The translations under genes and the position numbers were made by a program. From NCBI GenBank assembly GCA_964016885.1, contig OZ024744.1:19344001-19408000 (forward strand): 64,000 nucleotides of DNA, read 5' to 3'. Shown one piece after another: positions 1 to 12,464 of the stretch. Numbering within the stretch: the stretch's first letter is position 1; each line of letters begins with the position of its first letter. The notes under the pieces were generated by a model, which saw only the letters and a program-made list of their open reading frames with translations, searched no databases and was not told where the DNA came from. Source of the stretch: Eledone cirrhosa (taxonomy: Eukaryota).

Positions 1-196
1 TCCTTGGCCCTAAGACCACCTCCCTACTATCGTCTGTTAGTAGTATCAGCCCCTAGTAGTGGAGACTTCTGGTGACCTTGTCCCTAGGACTACCTCCCTA
101 CTATCGTCAGTTAGTAGTATCAGCCCCTAGTAGTGGAGACTTCTGATGTCCTTGGCCCTAAGACCACCTCCCTACTATCGTCCGTCATTAGTATCA
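1..196. repeat. 74-bp tandem repeat, ~2.6 copies (runs off window edge)
   Basis: Unit ccttggccctaagaccacctccctactatcgtc...ggagacttctg recurs at 2, 76 and 150. Confidence 0.9.
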
Positions 197-426
197 CGAC
201 AGAAGTTAAAAGCCAAGTGACCAGGGAAGGTATCGTCTCTTTTGTAACAGAAAATTCTCTCTCTGCCCTCGTTCCTTGACAGCCTATTTATCGAACGCTA
301 GTTATTTTTTTATCAAAGGTCGATGACCTCCTGCTGCGTTCTCTTTCATAGGAATGACCATATCAGTGAGAGGATACGTTGGAACATTTCTATCGCTGCA
401 CAAACACACACACACACACCACACAC

Positions 427-549
<123 letters not shown>

Positions 550-796
550 AATTCGTTTTCAAGTATCAAAACTGGAAAGATGTAATCTTTTCTTAACGGA
601 GCGTATGAAATGATGACCTCCTATTTTGACTTACTAAATGCAAGAACAAGGTAATTCCATCTTCTCAACATAACACCCTTTACTCCTTTTAGTATAGAAT
701 TAAGGAATCTGATTAGGGTAGAATATCAACATTAGAGATCAACTTTAAATAATATTGAGTCGATACTTCTCCAGCTACTTTTATGCAGAGTTTATA

Positions 797-852
<56 letters not shown>

Positions 853-855
853 TAT

Positions 856-1112
856 TACGTATAAATAAATGTAAGTATGTATCCGTAGACGAACACTATA
901 CGACTAATAATCGGGCTGTTTGTTTACAAACAGCCCGACCATTATAATAAATGTTCGGTAAACCCATACGTACATATATATATATATATATGTATGCATG
1001 TATGTATGTATATACATACTACTGTACGTCTGTATACATATATGTATGTACATATACATACTTATATTTCAGTATCAGCCGTACTAAGAGTGAGAAATGA
1101 AATTTCCTTTTT
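856..1112 (+). repeat. Diverged solitary partial copy of the ~460-bp HHR monomer family (segment lacking the ribozyme)
   Basis: tgtttacaaac...ttataataaatgttcg...tacgtacata(TA)n...actgtacgtctgtatacatatatg...gccgtactaagagtgagaaatgaaatttc matches the 18643-39705 unit. Perfect 13-bp-stem hairpin at 911-938. Confidence 0.85.
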
Positions 1113-1126
1113 TCCTTTTATATATT

Positions 1127-1245
<119 letters not shown>

Positions 1246-1422
1246 GTGTGCGTGTGTGCACACGTGAGCGTGTGTGTGTATGTACTTTTAATTAATTAGT
1301 TCGGGTAGTAGTATTTAATAGACATGTATGGTAGTAAACACACATGCACATATGCAAGTGTGAGTATGTACACACATATATTCTGGATTATATATATATA
1401 TGTGTGTGTGCATGTGTGTGAA

Positions 1423-3330
1423 TGTGATATTATTCATCTTGTCATTAAATCCCTTGTCCTTTCTGCTCAAGAAATGTGAGGGATACATCATTGGCTCACA
1501 AGAGGACAGAAATACGAACCTAATCCATAATTTCTTTGTGGACGATCTGAAACTCTATGCCAAGAACATGGATGGTATGAAGAAAAATCTTGACCTCGTT
1601 ACAACGTTCTCATAGGATATAGGAATGGAGTTTGACCAAGATAAATGCTCACACGTGACTGTAAAACGGGGAAAAAAAACAACCCAATCTAGCAACATTG
1701 TCATCAATGGCCTAACTGTTTCACGGATATCTGATGAGGACTGCTACAGATACCTGGGGATAGATGAGAACATATCCTGTAATGGTATCTGTAATAAGGA
1801 ACGCGCAACCAGGGACTACTACACCCGATTAAGAAAGATTTGGTCATCGGAACTCTCTGCGCAAAACAAAACAGTGGCTCACAATGTGTTTGCTGTGCCT
1901 GTCCTAACACCAACGTTTGGAATACTCAATTGGACGATAGACTAAATCCGAGCAGTTGATGTTGGAACTCGAAAAATACTGAAAAACACCGGAAACTTCC
2001 ACATCAACAGTAACATAGACCGCCTTTACTTGAAACGTAAGAAGGGAGGCAGAGGCCTAACATCAGTCCAGACAACATTTGAATGTCGCATCATATCTCT
2101 CCGACAACATCTACAAACCTCGAAGCGTAGGAGCCCGTCTCTCGAACAAGTCTATCTGCATGAAACAGATAAGATCATGAGAGTTGGGAAGGAAGTCCTC
2201 AAGAGATATTCCCTGTGTGATAATCAAAAACTCACACCTAGGGAAGTCGTTCAGCAGTATCGCAGTGAATCCATGGATGAAAAACTGCATGCTTATCAGC
2301 AAAAAATCATGCATGGATATATTGCCAGGAAGCTCCAGAGTGAGAGTAATATAGATAAGGAAAGTAGTCTATCTTGGACCAAAAACCGCTCTATTGTCTC
2401 CCTATTTGAAGGATACGCTTTTGCAATCCAAGAAAAGGAGATTAACACGAAATACCTGATTCACAAAAGAGGTAGGGATGCAGGCAAAACACCTACATGT
2501 GATAACAAGTGCAGACTCTGCAGAACTAACATCGAGTATATCACCGGTCATCAGCAGCTGTCGAAAGATGTCATCGTGGTACTATCTACCTATGAGGCAT
2601 GATGTAGTGGCCAAAACACTGTACAATGCAGTTCGTATAAAAGATAGCCCCGATAATAAACACATTCAAAGCTACATCAATGTGGAAGACATCCATGTAC
2701 ATAATATGAAAGAGTACTGTTGGAATGTTCCAGTAAAAACCCCAATAAAATGCAGGCATAACAGACCAGATATTATGATATGGGACAGGGAGAAGAAAGC
2801 ATGCACAGTAGGGAAAATTAGCTGCCCAGCAGATGCCAATATAATATCAAAGATTAGCGAAAAGGAGAATATTTATGCAGAACTGATGAGAAATCTGCAG
2901 ATACTCCGCCCTGATTACACCTTCAGATTTATGCCTGTCATTATTGGGGCACTGGGATATGTTAGTAACTGCCTCAATACAAATCTTGAGAAGCTAGGCT
3001 ACACAGGAACAGAAAGAACACAACTAGTTAGGAAACTACAAGTACAATCCATTAATGGAACAGTAAAAATATGTAAAACATTCCAAAAATGTTGCATCTA
3101 ATAACTGCACATACACATGTACAGATACAAAGCATATACACATGCACACATACAACTCAAAACATCCACATCCACACATACAATAACATCCATATCTACA
3201 CATGCATACATACATACATATCTACCTAGTTGATGTTGTGTAAATTCCAATGAGAGAGTCTTGTGTCTATGTTAGAAACCGACTCTCTCTCTATTGGTAA
3301 CACTTTGTGAAATTATAAAACCAGAAGAAC
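1423..3330 (+). mobile_element. 5'-truncated non-LTR retrotransposon, R4/Dong-like (RT + CCHC knuckle + restriction-like endonuclease), decayed
   Basis: ILFILSLNPLS, FFVDDLKLY (RT catalytic), YRYLGI, KKGGRGL, CRLC..H..C knuckle, RHD, RPDI, PVIIGALG (RLE). In-frame stops near 1613 and 1943, frameshift near 2545, ORF ends 3101, 3' end abuts (ACAT)n. Confidence 0.88.
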
Positions 3331-3574
3331 ATACATACATACATACATATGTATACACCGCCAAATGACGGGAGCTATAGTCCATTTATTCGATCTGCCA
3401 GCTCATGGGTGGAGTTCTATAGAAAATTATCACGTAAAGCCATTATGTCTTTTTGTATTTTAAGTATATCTGCTCCATAGACTGGTTCCGAAAATCCCGA
3501 GTGAAAGCAAAAGTCGTTTGTTTAAACCATTATATATATATGCGTATATATGTAATATATATAATATATACATG

Positions 3575-3663
<89 letters not shown>

Positions 3664-3996
3664 TCATTTTATTAAGGCTCACTATATAGCCTTAATAAAA
3701 TGAATATTAAATCTCTACTTCAGTATTGAGTACTCCTTTCTTTCAGTCACCAACCACATATGGATGTGTATGTATATATATATAGCATTTAGCTTCAAGC
3801 ATAGCTGTATAAAGATATGTATAGAAATTTTGTATTTCTAAAGAAACATGGTTTGTTTACAGGGTAAACCTTTAGGAAGCCGTAGCTTTGCAAAAAACAC
3901 CGGAGCTAACACCCTCTGGTAGTGTCCATCAGAAGCAAAGGAGAGAATCGTTGATGCATTTCAGACTTAACTTAAATATATATATTTATATATAAA

Positions 3997-4470
3997 TTTG
4001 AAAGAATGTCCCACGTGGCTAAGATCTTATGAAATTGATTTTAAAAAGGTAGTGGAAAACAAGGGAAAACCAGACGTAACACAGGACAGTCCTTTCTCAT
4101 CAGTTGACCTCTGGAGGTCCTTGTTATTTCGGTATATTAAGGTCGATGAGATTAGCCCCAGTGTATATAGGAGATTATTTACAAATAAAATAAAATTTGC
4201 TACAAATCAATGGTTGTAACTGAAAAAAAGAGTTGGAAACAAATTCGAACATATTACCCTAAAAATAAATGTATGAACAGAAGGAGAAGTGAAAAAGAGA
4301 AGGTAGAAGAGAGTTTGAAAGTTAGTTCTAAATTGACAGACAGAACGAGCAGAGAGAGAGAAAGTGAAGAAGAGAACAGAGAACGCAGGCGGTGTAACAT
4401 TGAAAATATATCAGTTTGAAAGAATGTCACACGCGGCTAAGGTCTTATAAAATTAATTTAAAAGATGGAC
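3997..4470. repeat. ~418-bp segment with terminal direct repeat
   Basis: tttgaaagaatgtc.cacg.ggctaag.tcttat.aaatt at ~3997 and ~4415. Confidence 0.6.
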
Positions 4471-4526
4471 GAAGAAACAAAACAAAACGATCGGTATTTC
4501 CACTATTTACAAATAAAATGACCCAC

Positions 4527-4788
4527 AATTAGGTTAAATTCGCATTTTCATCTGTCGAATACACACGATTCGCTGGGAAATTATTTCCACAACTCTTCAG
4601 TCCGACATCTTTAAAATGTATTTTGTCAGGATTATATAACTGGTAACCGACTCGCCAGGTTCTCTCGCCTTGAATAAGAACTCTCTAGTAGACTTTCAAA
4701 TTCTGAAAACATATCATTCAAAGATGTGCGACTGATGAACTGCGAAATGCGCATTTTCGACAAATGAAAATGTGAATTAAGCTAATTT
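4527..4788. mobile_element. Small foldback element with two outward-facing degenerate hammerheads
   Basis: Inverted ends ~4527-4560 and ~4757-4788. Minus 4553-4607: tgtcgga CTGAAGA gttg..cagc GAAT cgtgtg TA ttcgaca. Plus ~4724-4762: CTGATGA actgc GAAA tgcgca tt. Confidence 0.65.
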
Positions 4789-4920
4789 TATATAATACAA
4801 CGCGTCCCACACACACACGACATATATATTAGATACACACACATACACACAAACAGACGCACACACGCACACACACACACACACACACGCACACACACAC
4901 ACACACGCACGCGCGCACAC

Positions 4921-4993
<73 letters not shown>

Positions 4994-5273
4994 CATATGT
5001 ATATATGTATGTAAAAATGATATTCATTGCTCCAATCAGTCTATTAACACTCAACAAACACCCTAAAACGAACGCCAACCTCTACCCATAACCCCACCCA
5101 AACCAAACCATATTCACCCTCCAAATTCGACAAATCATATGTAGTTTATCATTCTCCAGAACTTAGCTTACGTAACCAGACCGCAACAGACACCTCATGG
5201 GGGAGAGAGTCGTTTTCAAACTACAGCTGCCATGTTACATAGTTTCTATAAAAGAAGAGAGAGGGAGAGAGAG

Positions 5274-5368
<95 letters not shown>

Positions 5369-5527
5369 AGGGGTGGCACTAAAACGAAGGACAAGCAATA
5401 CATATAATTAATGGGTGATCACTTGAGTTGATATCAATTTATTAAGGGTTAATAATATCAGCAGATTTATAGAGAGGTATTTAATTATGTACATGTATGT
5501 ACACGTATGTATGTATATACATTTATG

Positions 5528-5641
<114 letters not shown>

Positions 5642-5858
5642 ACCTTTCTAGTTTCCTCAATAAGTGACATGTATTTCTTGAATTCATATTTTACGTTCTG
5701 AATATGAGGTCTGACCATATTTCGATTTTAATATCACCTAGAGTTATTGATTGCTATATTGATATGTCTCAATCTTGTGGATCGAATTGTGATTTTGTCT
5801 TCTGAAACAATTGTAATCAAATAAATACTTTTTCAAGTATTTTGGTTGCTTATTCTCC

Positions 5859-5888
<30 letters not shown>

Positions 5889-5889
<1 letters not shown>

Positions 5890-6075
5890 ACGAAGGAAAT
5901 GTGGTAAGGAACCAGGTGGACCATAACGCACCAAAGTACTCAATACTTAGGGTAGTAGAGTGGGTAATAGGAACGAGTAGGACTCCGACGGCTGAGCTCA
6001 AGCCGTTTCGACGGCTAATTCTGGACTCTTGTCCGTCGAAACGGTTTGAGCTCAGCCGTCGGAGTCCTACTCGTT

Positions 6076-6078
<3 letters not shown>
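5889..6078. mobile_element. Short foldback repeat carrying the 3' half of a hammerhead (family also at 43178 and 55755)
   Basis: ~46-bp inverted repeat aggaacgagtaggactccgacggctgagctcaagccgtttcgacgg, flanked by (TA)n. Contains GAAA-cggct/agccg-TC. Confidence 0.75.
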
Positions 6079-6125
<47 letters not shown>

Positions 6126-6148
6126 GTATAAAAGTTTTAATATAGATG

Positions 6149-6199
6149 AGATTCTACAGGACTAGAACTGTTTCATACTTTAGAAATCATCAGGAATCT
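6149..6199 (-). ncRNA. Type I hammerhead ribozyme motif (weak stem II)
   Basis: Minus strand: agattc CTGATGA tttctaaagtat GAAA cag ttctagtc ctg TA gaatct. Stem I is a perfect 6 bp, triplet GUA. Confidence 0.7.
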
Positions 6200-6289
6200 G
6201 GCCTTCCAAAAATAAATGTTATGGTATTTATATCTTTTCAGGTGGTAGGAGAGGGTGGGGAGTGGGATGGGTGGAGGTCATTGGTTGAA

Positions 6290-6615
6290 AGAAAAGGGAA
6301 TTCATTAAAAGCTAATTCTTTAAGGCTATAATTTATATTTAGAGTGACAAAGGCAGAAAGAATTCTATAAACAAGTTCAGAATGGGGTGCCACTCCTTAT
6401 TTTTAAGTTTCTCTTAAGCTAACAATGCCTATATTTCAGGTGTCTATAAGATCATTGGGGGTCGGACATGATTGATGGATTTAAAGAAAAGGGAAATTAT
6501 TTAAAAGCTAATTCTTTAAAGTTCTAATTAGAGTGACAACGGCCAAGAGAATTATATAAACCAGTTCAAAATATTGGGTGCCTATCATTATCGTCAAATT
6601 TCTCTTAAGCTATAT
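6290..6615. repeat. ~190-bp diverged direct repeat, partial second copy
   Basis: ttaaaagctaattctttaa...ttagagtgacaa...tttctcttaagcta occurs twice (~6306-6421, ~6501-6612). Confidence 0.65.
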
Positions 6616-6637
6616 TCCAGGTGTTGACAGACATATT

Positions 6638-6726
<89 letters not shown>

Positions 6727-6729
<3 letters not shown>

Positions 6730-7715
6730 AGAATCAAAGTTCTGATCAAATCATTTGTATGCTTACAATTGTTTCCTCCAAACCGAGGTTTGGTTTCTTC
6801 GGAGTAATTTATTAATGGATGATCACAAATATGACCTCCTTTTCAACCCAAGAGACATACAGATACATATGCAAACATTGTTGCTTGGTAGGTTGACAAT
6901 CATTATAATGTTCAGTGTGGTAGTATACATTTAAAGGTTACATTCATATCAACAGAGGAAAAATAAAAAATTAAGGTTAAAATACAACATGAAATTAATG
7001 CGATAGGATAGTCATAAGCAGTTATTGAGTGCAATAGTTACACGTGTGGTACGCACGTGTGTCTTGTTTATATAATGCTATAGTGCGGCAGATTGTTACA
7101 TGCAATAGAAACACTTAAACGGGCGAACAAGAGTGTTAAGGGGTTGAACTGGTAGTGAATCCTTAATACGAATGTTATAGAAGCCTGTGCGTGGAGAAAT
7201 ATTATAAATATTAAATATTGGAAATGTGTAGCAAAGCGATGATATGGATTCCATGTACAGCACCATTTTCACAGTCCGGGGAGCATAATATCCAGGTTAT
7301 ATGCCCCTCACATAATCTACGACGATTCAATATTGGGCGTTTGACGATTCTGCTAGAGTATCGTAGTTTGTTGGTCTTTAGCTCAATATAGCATGCTGTT
7401 ATGTTGCGAGAATCAGCATCGAATTATTTTCCGGAAGTGTGTGTGTGACTAAGGGGAGTTAATGCGTGAGGGGAGGTAACTCAGTGATTTCTATGACTAA
7501 ATATTAAATGGTGTCTCAAAATAGTCGCTATCTTGTATGGTTATATACAGTTTCTAAAAATTTAAAGTGTCTTAACTATAATGTAGTCTATCAAGAAGCA
7601 TGGAGGTCATATTTGCGATCATCCATTAATAAATTGCTCCGAAGAATCCAATCCTCGGTTTGGAGGAAACAATTGTAGGCATACAAATTATTTGATCAGA
7701 ACTTTGATTCTTATA
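6727..7715. mobile_element. Non-autonomous Penelope-type element with ~113-bp inverted termini, each containing a variant hammerhead
   Basis: 6727-6839 is the reverse complement of 7601-7715. At 7635-7681: tgct CCGAAGA atccaatcctcggtttggag GAAA caattg TA ggca (palindromic stem III). Confidence 0.7.
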
Positions 7716-7821
7716 ACTTATATATAACTGCTCTGTAAAACATCTGATGTTAGTACATTGAGCTATTTAACTTACTGGTAATAAGGTAGTAATATATTAC
7801 TGCCTATCACTATTTAGAGTT

Positions 7822-10800
7822 CATCATCATCATCAACGTTTAACGTCCGTGTTCCACGCTTGCATGGGTTTGGACGGGGGTAGTCCCACTTGAGGCAAGA
7901 GTGATTGTCTTGCTCGCATAGGACTGTCTGGCAGGTTTTCTACAGTTGGATGCCCTTCCTAACACCAACCACATTTACAGTGTGGGTCTGGGAGGTTTTT
8001 ACCGTGTTGCCTACACGCCACATTACAGCGTGGACTGTGTGTTTTTTTGTCGTGACATCTACACGATCTCATTTGTTTCGGCCTGGATGGTGTGGCACCA
8101 ACATGACTTTACATAGAACGGGGTGGTGTGGATGGGGTGGGGGGTGGGGTTTTAATTTTACTGGCTGTAGTAGGTTTTACTATGTATTTAGGTAAGGCGG
8201 GTCTTCTCTGTTACTGAGTACCGCCAAAGGTCTCGGTCCAGTGACATTGTCTTGGAGAGGTGTAAGTGTGTGAGGTCGGAGTTTATCAGCTCGTCCCAGG
8301 TTTTCTAGGTCTGCCTATTCCGTGGCTACCGTCTATCTTTATTTCCCTGCACTTTGTTATACAGCTATCGACTTTCATGCGCATCACGTGTCCATACCAA
8401 CGTAGCCTTCTCTCGAGTAAACAACATCTGATCCCTCTTATTTCTAATTTTTTCCTTAGTTCGTTTATGCTTTGCCGTTCACGTATATTACTGTTACACA
8501 TCCAGCGGAGCATGCAAGCTTCGTTCCTCTCTAGTCTGCGTATATCCTCTGCACACAATGCCCAGGTCTCACTGCCATGCAACATTGCTGTTCGTATGCA
8601 GGCATCGTACAACCTGCCTTTCATTTTTAGAGAGAACCCTTTAGCAGCTAATAGTGGTATAAGCTCTCTGAACTTTTTCCAACCAGTTCTGACTCTAGCT
8701 ACTGTACTTTCAGAGCACCCTCCCCCACTGCTGATTTTATCACCCAGGTAACGGAAGCTGTCCACTATTTCTATAGAACCATCTGTGCAATTAAAAGAGC
8801 TAGTATTTTGTGGGCACTTGCTGCTACTTATTGCACCAGAGCACCGGCCACATGTAAAATCTATGTTCTTAGTTAGCTTACCTGTGATCCCACTACATCT
8901 TTTATGCACCCATACTTTGCATTTAGGACATAACATGGAGTTTCTACCTACGCCTTTCCTACACACCGAGCACGACCATTTCCCAGAAGGGACCGCCGCC
9001 TTATTTTCTTTCCTACAAACTAGAACTTTAGTCTTAGCCAGGTTAATTTTAAGGCCTTTTGATTCTAGGCCGTGCTTCCATGTTTGGAATTTCTTCTCTA
9101 GCTCGGCCATTGATTCCGCTATGAGTGTCAGGTCGTCTGCGTATAGGAGTTCCCATGGGCAGCCGGTCTTGAACTCCTCTGTTATAGCCTGAAGGGCAAT
9201 AATAAATAGTAGGGGGCTGAGAACAGAGCCCTGATGGACGCCAACTTTTACGCTAAACTCTTCACTATATTCGTTGTTAATTCTAACCTTGCTGACTGTT
9301 TCTTTATACATGGCTTGTATAGCTATCACAAGCCATTCGTCAACGCCTAGTTTTCTAAGAGCCCACCAGATAATGGAGCGGGGGACTCTGTCGAAGGCTT
9401 TCTCCAAGTCGACAAAAGCTAAGTAGAGGGGTTTACCTTTAACTAGGTACTTCTCCTGTAGTTGTCGTACAATGAAAAGAGCGTCTGTGGTACTTTTGCC
9501 TGACACAAACCCGAACTGCATTTCATCTAGGTCAATTCTCTCTCTGATTAGTTGTGCTATTACTTTTTCCGTGACCTTCATGACCTGGTCGATTAATTTA
9601 ATGCCTCTATAGTTACTCCTATCTAGGGCGTCTCCTTACCCTTATAACAGTTAACGATGATGCTGCTATGCCAGTCCTTCGGAACAACCCCGTTCTGTAC
9701 GACTTGGTTAACTATGCGGGTGACCATGGTGTGTCCCACCGTGCCAGATGCCCTCAGCATCTCAGCAACTATTTCCGAAGGCCCAGCCGCCTTACCCGTC
9801 TTCATATCCTTGATTGCCTTACTTATTATACTCCCCTCGACTAACACTGCTGGTCCCTCTATTGGGTCGATATGGGGGAGACTGTCTTTCTCCCATTTAT
9901 TCTCCTCATTTAGTAGCCTTTCATAGTGACACTTCCAAGCTACCTTCTTATCAGCGTCGGTGATGGCAAGTGTGCCATCATCGTTTAGTACACACTTCTC
10001 CCCGACAATATCACGGTTTTCCTTGACGCATTGCCTAGCAATCCTGAACACCTCACGTTTTTGGTCATCGCATTGTAGAACATGCTTGAACTTTCTTTCC
10101 TCAGCTTCCCTTCTTGCTAAGTACACTTGTCTCCTAGCTTCCCTCCTGGCCACTTGATAGTCTTCTCTACTTCCCCCATCCCGCCATTCTTTCCAAGCCT
10201 GCTTTTTGGCCTTAATTGACCGCTCCACCTTACTGTTCCACCACCATGTTACTCTCCTCCTGCCTACAGGCCTGCTCCAGCCACAGATTTCGTCAGTCGC
10301 CAACAGCAGGTTTGCTTTCAGAAATTCCCACTCTCCCTCTATATTGTCCGACTCTAAATGTTCTTCCTTACTGTCGAAAGCATCAAGTAATATGCTTTGA
10401 AATTTATTCCTGGCTGTGGGGTCCTTTAGCTTCCATATTTTTCTCCTGAGGATAGTCCTCTTCTGCTGTCGAGTACATCTCGTCCTGACTATGAGGTCGC
10501 TAATTATCAGTCTATGTTGGGAGGTGTATTCTTCATGGGGGAGGGATTTAGTGTTTACAACAGACACTCTGTCACGTCTTCTGGTAAGGATATAATCTAC
10601 CTGGCTTGTGTGTTCCCCGGATCTATAGGTGATCAGGTGATTGTCACGTTTTTTGAAGTTAGTGTTACAGATAGTTAGGTTATTTGCATCACAGAATTCC
10701 AGGATTCTGGAGCCTTCCTCATTTCTAGTACCAAACCCATAGCCTCCATGGATTTCGTCGTAGCCGTCACAATGTTGTCCAACGTGACCATTTAGGTCGC

Positions 10801-11590
10801 CTGCAATAATTATATAGTCACTGTCGGATATTTGGGAGGTAGTTAGCATCAGTGTCTCATAGAATCTGTCTTTTATAGTGCCGGGCAGTCCGGATTGGGG
10901 TGCGTACGCAGATATTACTGTCACCGTAGTTCTATTGAGGACAAGTCGTATTTTAATTATTCTGTCGTTCACTCTATTTACGTCTATTATCTTATCTACC
11001 CACTTTTCTGCTACCATGATTCCTACTCCACCCAGCCCATCGTCGTTTCCCACCCAGAAAAGCTTATAACATCGTTTTTTACCCTCAACGAATCTAGCAG
11101 ACCCACCCCTCCACCTGGTCTCTTGAATACAACAAACATCGACCTCCTTACGTTCAAGCATTTCTACAACCTCGTTAGCGCGACCCTTTAGGGTGCCTAC
11201 ATTTATGGTACCAACTCTGAAGTTTTGGATTGCGTTTGGCGGTTGGGGGCGGTGTGGGGCGGGGGCGATGGGGTTATGTTAGCCGTCCGCGGTCGAAACA
11301 ATGAGGAGTGCTCGCATTCTCGTCCACGAGGTGAATTTGTCTTTATCTTTATCGTTGGCATTGTCGATGAGCGTCCAGATTTTTCTCTCTCTCCTCCACT
11401 CTCCAGGATTCCGCAGTCCATCCATCCATCATATATCGAAAGGCAACCAGGCAAGCGATAGTATAGGCCTCTGGCTTATGATTGGTCCGCGTAATAATAA
11501 TACTGGTGATGCGTAGGGGCTCTGGCTTATGATTGGTCCACGTAATAGCAATGGTGGTGCGTGGGGGCGGGAGGGAGGGGTGTTGGGTAG
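7822..11590 (-). mobile_element. Near full-length RTE-clade LINE
   Basis: APE+RT ORF with 3' UTR ending in a (GAT)n tail (tcatcatcatcatca at ~7821-7835 on +). 5' region has a ~50-bp duplication at 11469-11570. Confidence 0.92.
8188..11278 (-). CDS. RTE ORF: apurinic endonuclease + reverse transcriptase, interrupted by two single-base deletions
   Basis: VGTINVGTL, CIQETRW, SAYAPQ, GDLNGHVG, QVDYIL, SQHRL (APE). QFGF, FVDLEKAFD, GVHQGSVLSP, LLYADDL, FRYLG, LRWYGHV (RT). Adding one base near 9635 restores KGDALDRSNYRG. Adding one near 8303 restores GRPRKTWDEL...TRLT-stop at 8188. Confidence 0.9.
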
Positions 11591-11592
11591 CT

Positions 11593-12429
11593 AGATAGAA
11601 GGTAATGATTGAATGGGGTACTTGCATTTAACAAGCGATTAACAAAAATACAAAATTTGTTCTGTTCAATACGACAAAAACTTTCGTATCTAACAATTAA
11701 TGAATACAAAAAATGTAGATTGTTTTAGCAATAGATTGGCTATTTGGACTTGATACGAAATATGGAGTGTGGAGGTAGAGATGAAAGAAAAAATATGTAC
11801 ATTACGTCACATGAACATCGTGGGGGGAGACAGCAATGCAATGAAATTTGGCAAAGTGAATTTCTATCTTATATATATATATAGAGAGAGAGAGAGCTAA
11901 GAGAGAGAGAGGGGGGGTTGGCCGCATGATGTGTGTGTATTGGGCGGTTGACCGCCATGCCCTCGCGAAGTAGAGGGAAGGGGGTGGGGGTCGAGGAAGC
12001 GGGAGTTTAGAGTTTCGAAAGAAGGAAGAAGGAAAAGGATTTTGTTTTGTTTTGAAAATACGCTAGAATTAGGAATTGAGTTTTGAAAATACGCTAGGAA
12101 TTAAGGTTTGAAAATACGCTAGATTAAGAATTAAGGAATTTATAAGAAGAAGAGATAGAAGGTAATGATTGAATGGGGTCCTTGCATTTAACAAGCCATT
12201 AACAAATATACAAAATTTGTTCTGTTCAATACGACAAAAACTTTCGTATCTAACAATTAATGAATACAAAATATGTAGATTGTTTTAGCAATAGATTGGC
12301 TATTTGGACTTGATACGAAATATGGAGTGTGGAGGTAGAGATGAAAGAAAAAATATGTACATTACGTAACATGAATATCGTGGGGGGAGACAGCAATGCA
12401 ATGAAATTTGGCGAAGTGAATTTCTATCT

Positions 12430-12464
<35 letters not shown>

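Noticed and set aside
4085-4125. CTGATGA on the minus strand in the 418-bp terminally redundant segment
   Set aside because: No convincing stem II/GAAA/stem III arrangement.
8266-11191. Plus-strand ORFs overlapping the RTE
   Set aside because: Antisense shadows of the conserved minus-strand ORF.
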